The notes: generated by a model from the sequence alone, not told the origin. A stretch of 64,000 nt of DNA from Bryobacterales bacterium (GCA_965248205.1 CBDFIS010000006.1:6637997-6701996); one strand, 5' to 3'; positions 30,844 to 40,522 are shown, numbered from the stretch's first letter. Numbers and translations: made by a program.

Positions 30844-31601
30844 GGCGGGCCCAGACACTCTCTGCCTGAATGACGCAGAAGGCCTCCAGATCACCTTTGA
30901 AACAGGACGCCCCGGAGCCCGAGGGCATCGAAACACGCAAACACTCGCTCGAAGCCACCGAGATCACGCCGCAATGAGCCGTGGCGTACCCGAACGAGCG
31001 CAAGACGGGCTGGCTTCAAACGCCGGTGATAAAGGGTGGGGGGGGGCCGGAGGTCCGACCCTAGCTACGTCAACGGTATCACTGGCCAGCTGCCGCCTTC
31101 TTCGCAGCAAGAGCAGCCTGAGCTTGCTCCGTCTTTATCTTCCTTTCTGTCGGGTTTCGGATACCGAGCGTGGTGAAGACACGAAACACTCCGTCGCTCC
31201 CACCAGCGATGAGGAGCGCAGTGATGACCTGACCCCAAAACGTCAGCGTCGCCTTGTACCCTAGGGCAACCAGAACGTCGCGCAAGACATCCAGGTCGTA
31301 GGTCCAAAAGACCAGCAAAGCTAAAATCACCGTCAGTGGAGTTTTGACGCCCTGACCCTCGAATCGAGCAACGAAGACGCGCCAGTTGAATATAGGGGTA
31401 AGCGCTACCTCGAAGATTACAGATAGCACTAAGAAAACAAGCAGCACTTCACCGACCTCGCCGAGTCGTGACTGGTCTTGGGAGGCCGGCGCGGCAACGG
31501 CAACACCAGGTTGGTCGGCGGCCACAGCGGGCGAGGGATCCTGCGCCAACAGCAGCAAAGGTGCGAGCAAAAGGACAAGAAGTCCAGCGACTATGCTTCT
31601 C

Positions 31602-32930
31602 CACTGCTGTCCGGTTAAAAGTCGAATAGAATCAATTGGTTGGGGTCATAGGGGGATTCGTTTGGGGAGTCGGATGGCTGGAGTGCCTGTAAAAGGGGCA
31701 TTTTTTCGAATTGCGTAACGCTGAGAATCTGTAGAATCTGGTAAAGACTCGCTTCCAGCCCGAGGCGTTTCCGGACGATGGCGATGAGCACGTAAATCGA
31801 GACAGCGATCCAGATCTGCGTCTTGACGGCGTTCTCGCTGGTGCCGTAAAACGAGTTGATTCGCAGATGTTGCTTGATCCACTTGAAGAACAACTCAATC
31901 TGCCAACGCGACTTGTAGATGTGGGCGATGGTCAGCGCCGGGAGCGCGAAGTTGTTGGTCAGAAACTTCAGCCGCTTGTTCGTCCGGGCGTCGAAGTAAC
32001 TGACCCTCCGCAACGGGTCGGGATAGGCTTGGGCCGATTCGATGGCAGCCAGTATGACGGTCTGATCCGAGCGCAAGCCCGTGGATTTGTCGACGGGATG
32101 CGAGTAGCGCCGTTGGAGCAAGATGTTCTTCTTGGTTCGCACGACGAAGAACGACGAGCAGAGAGTGAACACGAAGAGGCGTTCGAAATCGACGTAGGCC
32201 CGATCCATGACGTAGAACGCGCCGGCCTCCGGGCCGATCTCGTCGAGGATGTTGATGTCGTGCACTTTGCCTCCAGTAATGCGGATGAACGTGGGAATAT
32301 TGCCGTGCAGATCCAGCAGCGTGTGCATCTTCACGGCGGCTTTTTGCTTGCGGAATCTCGCCCACGGAAACAGCGACAGGCAGAGGTCGATTGTTGTCGA
32401 GTCGAGAGCGTACAGAGTCTGGTCCAAGTCCACACCGATCGGGTCGTGGGCATATAACGGCCGTGCCATGCCAATCAAGACCTGCGCGAAGTCCGCGTAG
32501 ATCCGCCAGTCGCGCGACTCGTTCGCGTCGGCCAGTGTCGAGCGCGCTACCCTGCCGCGGAATCCCATGTGGTAGAGTTTGCCGTGCATCGAACGCAGGC
32601 ACGTCTCGATGTCGCGGAGGCTTGCCCGATAGGTCAGCTGGGCGAATGCCATCGCAAGAAACTGATCCCAGCAGGAGAAACTTTTCAGATAGGAATCGCC
32701 GCGGTAGCGCGATACACATTTCTGAAACTCTTTGCTCGGTAGGTGCTCGATCAGTTGGGAGAAAACCGTACGGCCAAGGTTCATCCCTCATTGTGCCGCG
32801 TCCGGATGCTCCGTTCAGGCGACCATTTGCGGCCTCGGGATTTCAAATCGTTCCCGGGCAAAACAGGCCATAAGACATTGAACGGTCGAGACTTACCGTC
32901 CGATGGCGCGACTTTCCCCGGACAGCACTG
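31602..32930 (-). mobile_element. IS4-family insertion sequence with 9-bp target duplication
   Basis: TIRs CACTGCTGTCCGG / CCGGACAGCACTG. Direct repeat ATGCTTCTC at 31593-31601 and 32931-32939. Confidence 0.95.
31615..32784 (-). CDS. IS4 family transposase
   Basis: DUF4372-like N-terminus, ALDSTTIDL, VMDRAYVD and YKSRWQIELFFKWIKQ (YREK) motifs. Confidence 0.96.
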   Translation of the reverse strand: MNLGRTVFSQLIEHLPSKEFQKCVSRYRGDSYLKSFSCWDQFLAMAFAQLTYRASLRDIETCLRSMHGKLYHMGFRGRVARSTLADANESRDWRIYADFAQVLIGMARPLYAHDPIGVDLDQTLYALDSTTIDLCLSLFPWARFRKQKAAVKMHTLLDLHGNIPTFIRITGGKVHDINILDEIGPEAGAFYVMDRAYVDFERLFVFTLCSSFFVVRTKKNILLQRRYSHPVDKSTGLRSDQTVILAAIESAQAYPDPLRRVSYFDARTNKRLKFLTNNFALPALTIAHIYKSRWQIELFFKWIKQHLRINSFYGTSENAVKTQIWIAVSIYVLIAIVRKRLGLEASLYQILQILSVTQFEKMPLLQALQPSDSPNESPYDPNQLILFDF

Positions 32931-33047
32931 ATGCTTCTCATGTAGTGTCTCCTTTCACGATCGAACTCTTCTGGAGGCTAACGAATGAAGGCTAGCTGGC
33001 AGCTGGGCCCACAAACGACTTCCAAGCAAAAGACCATCGGCATTGAA

Positions 33048-33995
33048 TCAATTACCGCTCTCTGCTGTTTCCGACTTAACTGTGCCCGGCCACGAAAGCC
33101 CCAGGGCTTCCGCGACCATCGGACCGACAATGCCATCGTCGGCTTCGGGACCAAAGTGGCTTTCTTGAAAAGCCATGACGGCTCGATGCGTCCTTGGGCC
33201 AAAGTCGTCGTCGATATCTCCCTCGTAAAAACCTTCCCGCTGTAAGGCCGTCTGTACCTCGGCCACGAGCGAGTCGAGCGAGCCGAAGCGCAGCTTGACA
33301 GGAAGCTTGTTAGGCGCGAGAACGGCCTGCTCCAACTCCCTGGCATTGACAAGAACGTACGGAAAAGACTTTTGGTCTGTCGCGTACGCGTTCGCCTTGA
33401 ATTCCTTCCAAGCTCCCACGACCGGCTTGTCGCCTCTTTTTTCGCATTCTGGAAACCCGACAACGACCTGACATCCCGCACTTCCATAGGAGTCGTGGTC
33501 GACTCCCATCGACCAGCCGGCGTGGAGGTTGTCACCAGGGTTGGTGACCTCGAAACGATCAAGATTGTCAAAGTCAAGGTCGTCCGCCGTGCGGCGAACC
33601 GGGCGCTGCGACGACTGAACGAAAGCCTCGTGCCCTGTGGGCTTGCTCGCCAGATGCCTACCCTTGCGGTAGTCCTTGTAGAATCCCGTCATCATCTGGT
33701 TGGCCCCAGCTCCCGATTTAGCCAGAGCTTTGTGAACGAACTTTTTGTGAGGGACAGTGCTCCCGGGAAACAGAGCGAGAGTGTTCTCTTCCCTGAGGCA
33801 TTGGACCAGCGTACAGCGAGGGTGAGTGTAATCGATGTTCGTAATACTCAACTGTTGCTCTTGGGCAAATCCGAAATCCTGAGGAGCAACGGGAAGAGCA
33901 CCTCGCAAACCGAAGAAGATCAGGTTCTCATCACCCAAGGCGAAGCGATTCCGTTCTACTAAGAGCTGGAGATGATTGGTAGTGACCGAGACCAT
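33048..33995 (-). CDS. Putative L,D-transpeptidase-like (YkuD-type His/Cys) protein with C-terminal peptidoglycan-binding domain
   Basis: NLH-x12-SAGCQV motif. PG_binding_1 pattern VAEVQTAL...DDDFGPRTHRAVMAFQ...DGIVGP. Confidence 0.7.
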   Translation of the reverse strand: MVSVTTNHLQLLVERNRFALGDENLIFFGLRGALPVAPQDFGFAQEQQLSITNIDYTHPRCTLVQCLREENTLALFPGSTVPHKKFVHKALAKSGAGANQMMTGFYKDYRKGRHLASKPTGHEAFVQSSQRPVRRTADDLDFDNLDRFEVTNPGDNLHAGWSMGVDHDSYGSAGCQVVVGFPECEKRGDKPVVGAWKEFKANAYATDQKSFPYVLVNARELEQAVLAPNKLPVKLRFGSLDSLVAEVQTALQREGFYEGDIDDDFGPRTHRAVMAFQESHFGPEADDGIVGPMVAEALGLSWPGTVKSETAESGN

Positions 33996-34051
33996 GGCTA
34001 TTCCCTCGCTCGCTACCCTTAATCCGTTAAACCAACTGCCACCAACTAGCC

Positions 34052-35056
34052 TTAGTTCGCCGTGGCGACCGCGATGATCCCGACTATCGCCGGCAGTACC
34101 CCGATGAAGATCTCAAATGGGCTTTTTTTCTGGGCTTCGATGGCTCTGGTGAGTATTTCAATATTCTGTCGCGAGACCTGGACGGCTTGCTGAAGATCAG
34201 CAACATCAGCTCTCAACAGAGACTTTTTCTGATCCAGCAACTGGTTCTGGGTTCGGGTGTTGGCAAGTCGTCGCTCGTAGAGATTGTGGAGGGCCAGTTG
34301 TAGTTTTAGCTCCTCGTCTCGTTTGAGGACCACGTCGTTTCTGCTGGCCACGTACTGGAGTTGAATACCGCCCGAGCGGACGAAGAGCTGGAACTGGCTA
34401 CCGTCCGGTCTACTCCTGCCCATCTCGAGACGAACGTTATCCGGGTCGATGGGCAGGCTCAGCAGCCCGGCACGGGCCGGCTCGGCTTCTAGGACCTCTT
34501 CAACTGAACTCGCAGCCGGCTCGGCTTCGCGTGCTGCGGTGCCAGTTGTGCTAGTAGCGCCTGAGGCCCCAGAGGATCCCTCTTCGTTTGCCCCCTCCCC
34601 CGTTGCAGCTGACGGTGCCGCTTCCGGGACGGGAAGTGCCGATTCCAGCTCAGCCTGGCTCTGCTTGGCAACGGCGAGCGCCTGCAGCAAGTCAGCCTTA
34701 TTAGCCACCAATGCCCGGACCTGCTTCTCGAGGTCAGACTGCTGCTCCTTGAGGTTGCCGAGCGAGGTTTCGCTTAGAGAGTTGAACTCAGCCAGCGCAG
34801 CTAGTTGTTGTTTGAGTGCCTGTACAACATCTTCGCGGGAGGCCACGTACTTGATGGGAGAACTCCCACCAATGCGCACAAGTACAAGGAACTGGCTGCC
34901 ATCGGGGCGAATTCGGTCACGCACGATCTCAAGAGCAGCGTCCTCGGGCACTGGGATGGAGAGGAACTGCGCTGAACTCGGCGTGCAAACCAGTCCCAGG
35001 AAAACGAACCCGGTGACTAGCCTCGAAAATGGTCGTCTGCGTTTTGTTTCTGCCAT
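34052..35056 (-). CDS. Exported coiled-coil protein with tandem duplicated domain and C-terminal TM anchor
   Basis: AGGAG RBS and signal peptide. RPDGSQF..VR.GG..YVASR.DVV occurs twice, each followed by a coiled coil. Hydrophobic C-terminus. Confidence 0.8.
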   Translation of the reverse strand: MAETKRRRPFSRLVTGFVFLGLVCTPSSAQFLSIPVPEDAALEIVRDRIRPDGSQFLVLVRIGGSSPIKYVASREDVVQALKQQLAALAEFNSLSETSLGNLKEQQSDLEKQVRALVANKADLLQALAVAKQSQAELESALPVPEAAPSAATGEGANEEGSSGASGATSTTGTAAREAEPAASSVEEVLEAEPARAGLLSLPIDPDNVRLEMGRSRPDGSQFQLFVRSGGIQLQYVASRNDVVLKRDEELKLQLALHNLYERRLANTRTQNQLLDQKKSLLRADVADLQQAVQVSRQNIEILTRAIEAQKKSPFEIFIGVLPAIVGIIAVATAN

Positions 35057-35198
35057 GACTCTTGCTCCTATATGGGAAGGACTTCTGAAACTGAAGCGTT
35101 CGTTGCCGAGTTGTTGACTGCGGCACATCGACGCTCGTCTGCCTCGCGGAGCGGGCCGGTCGAGCGCTGTCTTGAGCCAGCGACTATTACTCTACTCT

Positions 35199-35681
35199 CT
35201 ACTGTCCAGGTCCGGCGGGGTCAAGGAGGTCGGCGCCTGAAAGACTCGCAGCATCTTCCGGTGTGCGCACAGTGATCCTGGATTTGATTCTGTTGATCTG
35301 CTCGTCTAGTCCCGCGTTCTCTTGGCGTAGCCGATCCAGCTCCTGGTCGATTGCCGTGAGTGCGGCTTCTCGCTCGCGCACCCTCGCTTCCGCGGCCGCT
35401 ACCTTTTCGTTGTTGCTTCTTACCTGACTCAGCACCTGGTCGAAGTTCTCGTTGGAGGAGCCTGTGATAGCGTCAACGATCGTTCTGAAGTCCTCGCCAG
35501 CGAGAGCGCTAAGTACTTGGGAGATCCGAGACTGCTTTTGCGGATCGGCCATCGCGTTCTCCATTTGTTCCGACTCTTCTGCTGGTAGAGGTGCTCCGGT
35601 TGTGTCCTCCGGCGTTTCGTCCGGGCTACCTGTGGTGGTGTCGCTGCTCGTTTCTTCGTTTGCGTTGGTATCTTCTGGCAT
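35199..35681 (-). CDS. Hypothetical acidic coiled-coil protein
   Basis: AAAGGA RBS, heptad-rich C-terminal half, co-oriented within the operon. Confidence 0.75.
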   Translation of the reverse strand: MPEDTNANEETSSDTTTGSPDETPEDTTGAPLPAEESEQMENAMADPQKQSRISQVLSALAGEDFRTIVDAITGSSNENFDQVLSQVRSNNEKVAAAEARVREREAALTAIDQELDRLRQENAGLDEQINRIKSRITVRTPEDAASLSGADLLDPAGPGQ

Positions 35682-35740
35682 AGTTAGCTCATCCTTTAGT
35701 TAGTCTTCTAGTTCATAGTTCAAGTCTTTGTGGCTGGCAG

Positions 35741-36571
35741 TCAAGCCCTCCGCAACTCCAAATCCTCCGCGATCACTTCTTGCCCTTTGCGATACGCTTC
35801 CGTGAACGGCTCCAGGCCGTGGCTGCCGCCGTTGACCAGCTTGCGGGCTTGGCGGAGGTCGTCTTGTGCGAGCGCCGCGCGGATTCTTGCCTCCTGGCCT
35901 TTGATGAAGCTTGCCAGCAGCTTGGAGGCGATTTGGGAGTCGTTGCCAAGATCAGGTTCTTCGACTAGTCGGTCGCCGAGGCCTATCGCCTGGCTGTGTT
36001 TCGTGTAGTTGAAGCGGCCCGTCAACTGAATGAATCCGCGACCCTTGAAACGGGCGCCGTCAGGTTTGCCTTGGTTGCCGAGGTCCGTGCGATCGTCGTA
36101 GAGATCGAAGTCGTGTCCGTCGGGGGAGGTGTTGAATCTAGACTTCAACTCGCTAATGGGCTTGAAACCCTCGGTCTCCGCCCGGATCGACGACAAGGCC
36201 ATCAGGACCATCTTTTGGTCCCGCAGTGCGGAGTCCACCAGCGCGCCGAGGACATTTGGCAGGTGCTCGCGGATATTCCTGAGCGGCGTATGCGGCGAAA
36301 ACATCTGCGATACTGCGGTGACGCTGACGCCCTCGAACCCTGAAGGGATCTCGGCATCGGGGTCGAAGTTCAGCGCCGCCGCAGTCGTTTCACCCACGAC
36401 CCCGTCGACTGTTAAACCATTAAAGTCTTGGAAAGCGCGAACGGCACGCTCCGTGCCCGGGCCGAAGCTGCCGTCAACCCCACTGGGGTCGAACCCCAGT
36501 TCTTCCAGGCGAAGTTGTAGCACGATCACAGCCGTGCCGGCGGAACCTCTTCGCAGCGGAAGCAAGCCCAT
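35741..36571 (-). CDS. Peptidoglycan-binding domain + GH19 lysozyme/chitinase-like enzyme
   Basis: N-terminal DGSFGPGTERAVRAFQ...DGVVG. GH19 motifs AETEGF, DGARFKGRGFIQLTGRFNY and VNGGSHGL. Confidence 0.9.
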   Translation of the reverse strand: MGLLPLRRGSAGTAVIVLQLRLEELGFDPSGVDGSFGPGTERAVRAFQDFNGLTVDGVVGETTAAALNFDPDAEIPSGFEGVSVTAVSQMFSPHTPLRNIREHLPNVLGALVDSALRDQKMVLMALSSIRAETEGFKPISELKSRFNTSPDGHDFDLYDDRTDLGNQGKPDGARFKGRGFIQLTGRFNYTKHSQAIGLGDRLVEEPDLGNDSQIASKLLASFIKGQEARIRAALAQDDLRQARKLVNGGSHGLEPFTEAYRKGQEVIAEDLELRRA

Positions 36572-36942
36572 GGAAACCGGACACACCTTGGCACTATTGA
36601 GACACTTTTGTCAATGGCCTGGTGGGTATCCGAAAGATCTGTTCCGAAAGTGGAACAAGAACGTGTTTTATGTGGACCTGCGCGATTGATTCCAAAGGTA
36701 TTCCGGGCAAAGGACGAGCAGACTTCACTAACATACGTGCACGGGTGACTACTTTTTTCGGGAATCAGAACAGAAATAATGAATGAGATGTAAACTAACT
36801 CGCCCTTGTTCTGGTGAGACGCGTCTACTCCACGTACACGTTCGACCACAAGTTGCCGGCGGGTGCCGCATTCTGCAGGGTCTTGGTCGGTGAGCGGAAC
36901 GGGCGGGATTCACCTCCGTGACGGACTCCTTGGGGTGTGTAG

Positions 36943-37098
36943 TTAAGGGCCATCCCAGGGGTAGTGTCTTCGTGAAAAATCGGGTACAGCCAGCCAGTGC
37001 GCTTCAGACTGAGTCCTTTGTTTCGAGGGCCATGACGGGGAGCGAATTGTGGCAGTCCCCATTTTCCGCTCTGCACCACCTTTGCCGGCAGGCGCTAG
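36943..37098 (+). mobile_element. Degenerate MITE, family B
   Basis: Core AAAAATCGGGTACAGCCAGCC...GGCAGTCCCCATTTT is shared with 52295-52451. Ends decayed. Confidence 0.7.
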
Positions 37099-37234
37099 GG
37101 TTCTGCACTACATCGTTTCGGGGGAGCGGGGCTGGGCGTGGTTCACTATCGTGAAGGTTACGAGCTTACTCTAGCGGTGTTGGCTTCTCATTTCCTTGCT
37201 CTCTGGTGTTTCGGCGATTGGGCCGTGAGTTCCC

Positions 37235-38218
37235 ATGTACTTGCCGCTTGCGCTGGGGCGTCTAGTGAGGCTCCCGAAATACCGTGACCTTGGAAGCCGG
37301 GCACGGCAGGCCGTGCCCCTACGATCTGAACAAGGGGACGTGTCAGTCCAATTCGCGAAACTCAGCAGGGACGACCGGTGCCGGGGCAAACCGTATGCGG
37401 CGTGGGAGGGAACATCACTTCAAGACAGGACAGCTCTGGTTCTGTACGATCCCGTTTTGGGGTCTGACAACGCGCGGCTCTATCTGAAACGGGGAGAGTT
37501 GCAGCGCCTTCACCGCGATTGGGACGCTGCTTTGGCGGACTACAACCGCGCTTCTGAGCTGGCGCCGGATCTCTCGGGGGTCCATCTTTCCCGCGGCCGA
37601 ATGTGGTTCGAGTCGGGACGATTCAGCTCTGCCCTGACCGAGCTAGACCGCTTCCTATTTGCTCAGCCTGGGCACGCGGAAGGACTTCTCTGGCGGGCGC
37701 GGGCGCTGGTCAAGCTCGGGAACGGACTTGAGGCTGCAGAGGACTACACCGCTGCCATTGCCCGACTGAAGCGCCCAACGCCGGAATACTTCTTGGAGAG
37801 GGCGCGAGCATTGGTGAACGCGGGTGACGAGTATATCGACGAAGCACTCCGCGGGCTGGACGAGGGAATCGTTCGACTGGGTTCCCTAGTCACCCTCCAG
37901 CAATTTGCCATCGAACTCGAGCTCAAGCAGCAAAGATACGAGCAGGCGCTGGCGAGGCTCGACCGGGTGGCACGCTGGATGGCACGGGAACGGTTCCTTC
38001 AACAGCAGGGCGCCATTCTCGAGCAGGCCGGCCGATCTGTCGAAGCCAGGCAAGCCTTTTCGGCAGCACTAGCCCACATTGAATCTCTTCGGGAAACGCG
38101 CCGCAGCGCAAAGCCCATCGTAGAGCTTCAGACCTCTCTGCGCGCCGCCCTTGGCCTACGATCCCCTGACAGAGCTAGCCCGCTTTTCTCACCACCCGAC
38201 GGTCGAAGCACGCAATAA
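37235..38218 (+). CDS. Tetratricopeptide repeat protein (5' end uncertain, possibly pseudogenised)
   Basis: TPR units YLKRGEL..WDAALADYNRA and RARALVKLG..AAEDY. 5' region holds a REP hairpin; the C-terminus runs into a MITE. Confidence 0.7.
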   Translation: MYLPLALGRLVRLPKYRDLGSRARQAVPLRSEQGDVSVQFAKLSRDDRCRGKPYAAWEGTSLQDRTALVLYDPVLGSDNARLYLKRGELQRLHRDWDAALADYNRASELAPDLSGVHLSRGRMWFESGRFSSALTELDRFLFAQPGHAEGLLWRARALVKLGNGLEAAEDYTAAIARLKRPTPEYFLERARALVNAGDEYIDEALRGLDEGIVRLGSLVTLQQFAIELELKQQRYEQALARLDRVARWMARERFLQQQGAILEQAGRSVEARQAFSAALAHIESLRETRRSAKPIVELQTSLRAALGLRSPDRASPLFSPPDGRSTQ

Positions 38219-38374
38219 GCCCGCCAATACTGCGTTGCGCTTGCTCGCCGTGCTCAACGTAGGGTTCAAGTACGCTCCCATTGTTCAGGGATTTGGGTGC
38301 CGAGCGGCGCGCGCCTTGCACTGACGGGCTTTTCACGCACTTCGCCTCGCCACGTGGTGAGAAAAGCGGGCTAG
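38175..38374 (+). mobile_element. 200-bp MITE-like element, family A
   Basis: Perfect TIR CTAGCCCGCTTTTCTCACCAC / GTGGTGAGAAAAGCGGGCTAG. Copy at 21499-21698. Confidence 0.9.
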
Positions 38375-38443
38375 AATAGGCTCTTGCCGTCAGCGGGAAC
38401 CTCCGTCGGCCAAGCGCTCAATTCCTCTCTGGTGGACAACACG

Positions 38444-40090
38444 ATGAAAGGGTCGGATCTATTCGTCCAGTGTCTCGAAAACGAGGGTGTCCGCTACATC
38501 TTCGGGCTGCCCGGTGAAGAGAATGCCGACTTGATGATGTCGCTGAAGCATTCCTCGATCAAATTCGTGCTCTGCCGTCATGAGCAGACGGCTGCGTTCA
38601 TGGCGGACGTTTACGGGCGGCTAACCGGACGGGCCGGTGTGTGCCTGGGAACGCTCGGGCCGGGTGCTACAAACCTCGTGACCGGTGTGGCCGACGGCAA
38701 CATGGACCGCGCGCCTATGGTCGTGATCACGGGCCAGGCTGATACCAAGCGGATGCATAAGGAGTCCCATCAAGCCATGGACGTGGTCGACATGTTTCGG
38801 CCCTTGACGAAATGGGCTCGTCAGATCATCAATCCCGACAACATCCCTGAGGTTGTCCGCAAAGCATTCAAGCTCGCGGAGATGGAAAAGCCGGGCGCCT
38901 GCCATATCGAGCTGCCCGAAGACATCGCGAAACTTCAGACCGAGGTCGCCCCGGTTCCTTTTCACAAGCTTCGCCGGCCGGCGCCCGATGAGAAGATCGT
39001 CGATCAAGCGATCGAGCTGATCCACGCTTCGAAACAACCCGTTATTATTGCCGGCAACGGTGCAATTCGGAAGCGGGCGTCCCGGCAGTTGCTCACCTTC
39101 GTTCACAAGACAGGTATTCCCGTTTTCAGCACGTTCATGGGCAAGGGGGCTCTCCCTCGAACGGACGCGCACTGCTTGTTTACTGTGGGTTTGCAGTCGA
39201 AGGACTACGCCGTCCACGTGATCGAGGGTGCTGATCTCGTGATCACGATTGGCTACGACTTGGTCGAGTATCCTCCTCGGCTGTGGAACGCTGGCGTAAC
39301 GAAGAAGATTCTTCACATCGACTTTCTCCCGGCGGAAGTCGACGACAAGTATCGGGTGGATGTCGAGATCAACGCCGACGTTGCGAACGCCATCTGGCAG
39401 CTGAATGAACGTCTGGGAGAAGAGAAGCCGCAGTTCAACATCGGAGACTACAACGGTGTTCGTGAGGATTTGCTTAGGGAGTTTGCCCAGTACAGAGATG
39501 ACGATGCAGTAGGCGCCATCAAGCCGCAAAAAGTGTTGTGGGATGTTCGGGAGTTCATGGACCCATGTGACATTGTCCTCTCTGATGTCGGTGCACATAA
39601 GATGTGGGTCGCCCGCTACTATCAGTGCGATGAGCCAAACACTTGCCTCATCTCGAACGGCTTTTGCTCCATGGGGTTCGCTATGCCAGGAGCCATGGCC
39701 GCCAAGCTCGTCTATCCGGACCGAAGAGTGCTGGCCATCTGTGGTGACGCCGGTGGGCTGATGAATATTCAGGATCTGGAGACCGCCAAGCGCCTCGGAC
39801 TCAACTTCGTGATGATGATCTGGGAAGACCACGAGTACGGGTTGATCAAATGGAAACAGCAGACCCACTTCGGCGATCACAGCGATCTGGCGTTCACGAA
39901 TCCCGACTGGGTCAAGCTTGCGGAAGCATTCGGGTGCAAGGGAGTTCGCTGCGACGATTCGTCTAAGTTGACCGCGGCGTTGGAGGACGCCTTCTCAGCC
40001 GACTCGCCGGCCATCCTTGTCCTACCGATCGATTATCGAGAGAATCTCGAGCTCACCAAGCGCCTGGGCGAGATTACTTGCCAGATTTAG
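38444..40090 (+). CDS. Acetolactate synthase large subunit-like ThDP enzyme
   Basis: FGLPGEEN, RHEQTAAFMA, GPGATN, SDVGAHKMW, SMGFAMPGA and GDAG motifs. No small subunit adjacent. Confidence 0.92.
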   Translation: MKGSDLFVQCLENEGVRYIFGLPGEENADLMMSLKHSSIKFVLCRHEQTAAFMADVYGRLTGRAGVCLGTLGPGATNLVTGVADGNMDRAPMVVITGQADTKRMHKESHQAMDVVDMFRPLTKWARQIINPDNIPEVVRKAFKLAEMEKPGACHIELPEDIAKLQTEVAPVPFHKLRRPAPDEKIVDQAIELIHASKQPVIIAGNGAIRKRASRQLLTFVHKTGIPVFSTFMGKGALPRTDAHCLFTVGLQSKDYAVHVIEGADLVITIGYDLVEYPPRLWNAGVTKKILHIDFLPAEVDDKYRVDVEINADVANAIWQLNERLGEEKPQFNIGDYNGVREDLLREFAQYRDDDAVGAIKPQKVLWDVREFMDPCDIVLSDVGAHKMWVARYYQCDEPNTCLISNGFCSMGFAMPGAMAAKLVYPDRRVLAICGDAGGLMNIQDLETAKRLGLNFVMMIWEDHEYGLIKWKQQTHFGDHSDLAFTNPDWVKLAEAFGCKGVRCDDSSKLTAALEDAFSADSPAILVLPIDYRENLELTKRLGEITCQI

Positions 40091-40193
40091 TGCTATTGGC
40101 GACCACGCTGCGCGGACACAACACCGTGATTGTTGATCTCAAGAGTCAGTCCGACTCTCGGGGCGACGAGCTACATTGGATAATGTAGCTACC

Positions 40194-40469
40194 ATGACAA
40201 CTGTCGCGAGCCGTGAGCTCAAGAACCGCCTGGGAAAGTATCTGCGTCTGGTCCGTGACGGGCGGCCCGTACGGATCACGGACCGCGGCCGTCCCATCGG
40301 TTGGATACTTCCCGAGTCTTCCACCGCCGAACGTTCGCAGGCCCTATTGAAGGTGCTGGGAAAAGGAAATACTCGTTTCGGTTCCGGTCAGCTCGGAAAG
40401 AAACGTCGTCCCGCGGCCATGAAGCCCGGTAAGTCCATCGCGGAGATGATCAGCGAAGACCGCCGCTGA
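40194..40469 (+). CDS. Phd/YefM family antitoxin
   Basis: MTTVASRELKNRLGKYLRLV..G.PV.ITDRGRP; stop overlaps the vapC start (TGATG). Confidence 0.9.
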   Translation: MTTVASRELKNRLGKYLRLVRDGRPVRITDRGRPIGWILPESSTAERSQALLKVLGKGNTRFGSGQLGKKRRPAAMKPGKSIAEMISEDRR

Positions 40470-40522
40470 TGCTCTACGTAGATACGTCGGCTCTCGCCAC
40501 ATTCTACTTGGCCGAGCCCGGC
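40469..40522 (+). pseudogene. VapC (PIN) toxin N-terminal remnant
   Basis: MLYVDTSALATFYLAEPG is a typical PIN N-terminus; similarity is lost after it. Confidence 0.75.

Larger units (their letters stand above)
31079..32941 (-). pseudogene. Membrane protein (signal peptide + ~3 TM) disrupted by IS4 in its first codons
   Basis: Removing the IS and one 9-bp duplication restores AAAGGAG-N7-ATG AGA AGC ATA GTC GCT (MRSIVAGLLVLLLAPLLLLAQ...), in frame with ORF 31079-31570. Confidence 0.88.

Noticed and set aside
31079-36571. Prophage
   Set aside because: No integrase, terminase, capsid, tail or att sites in the window.
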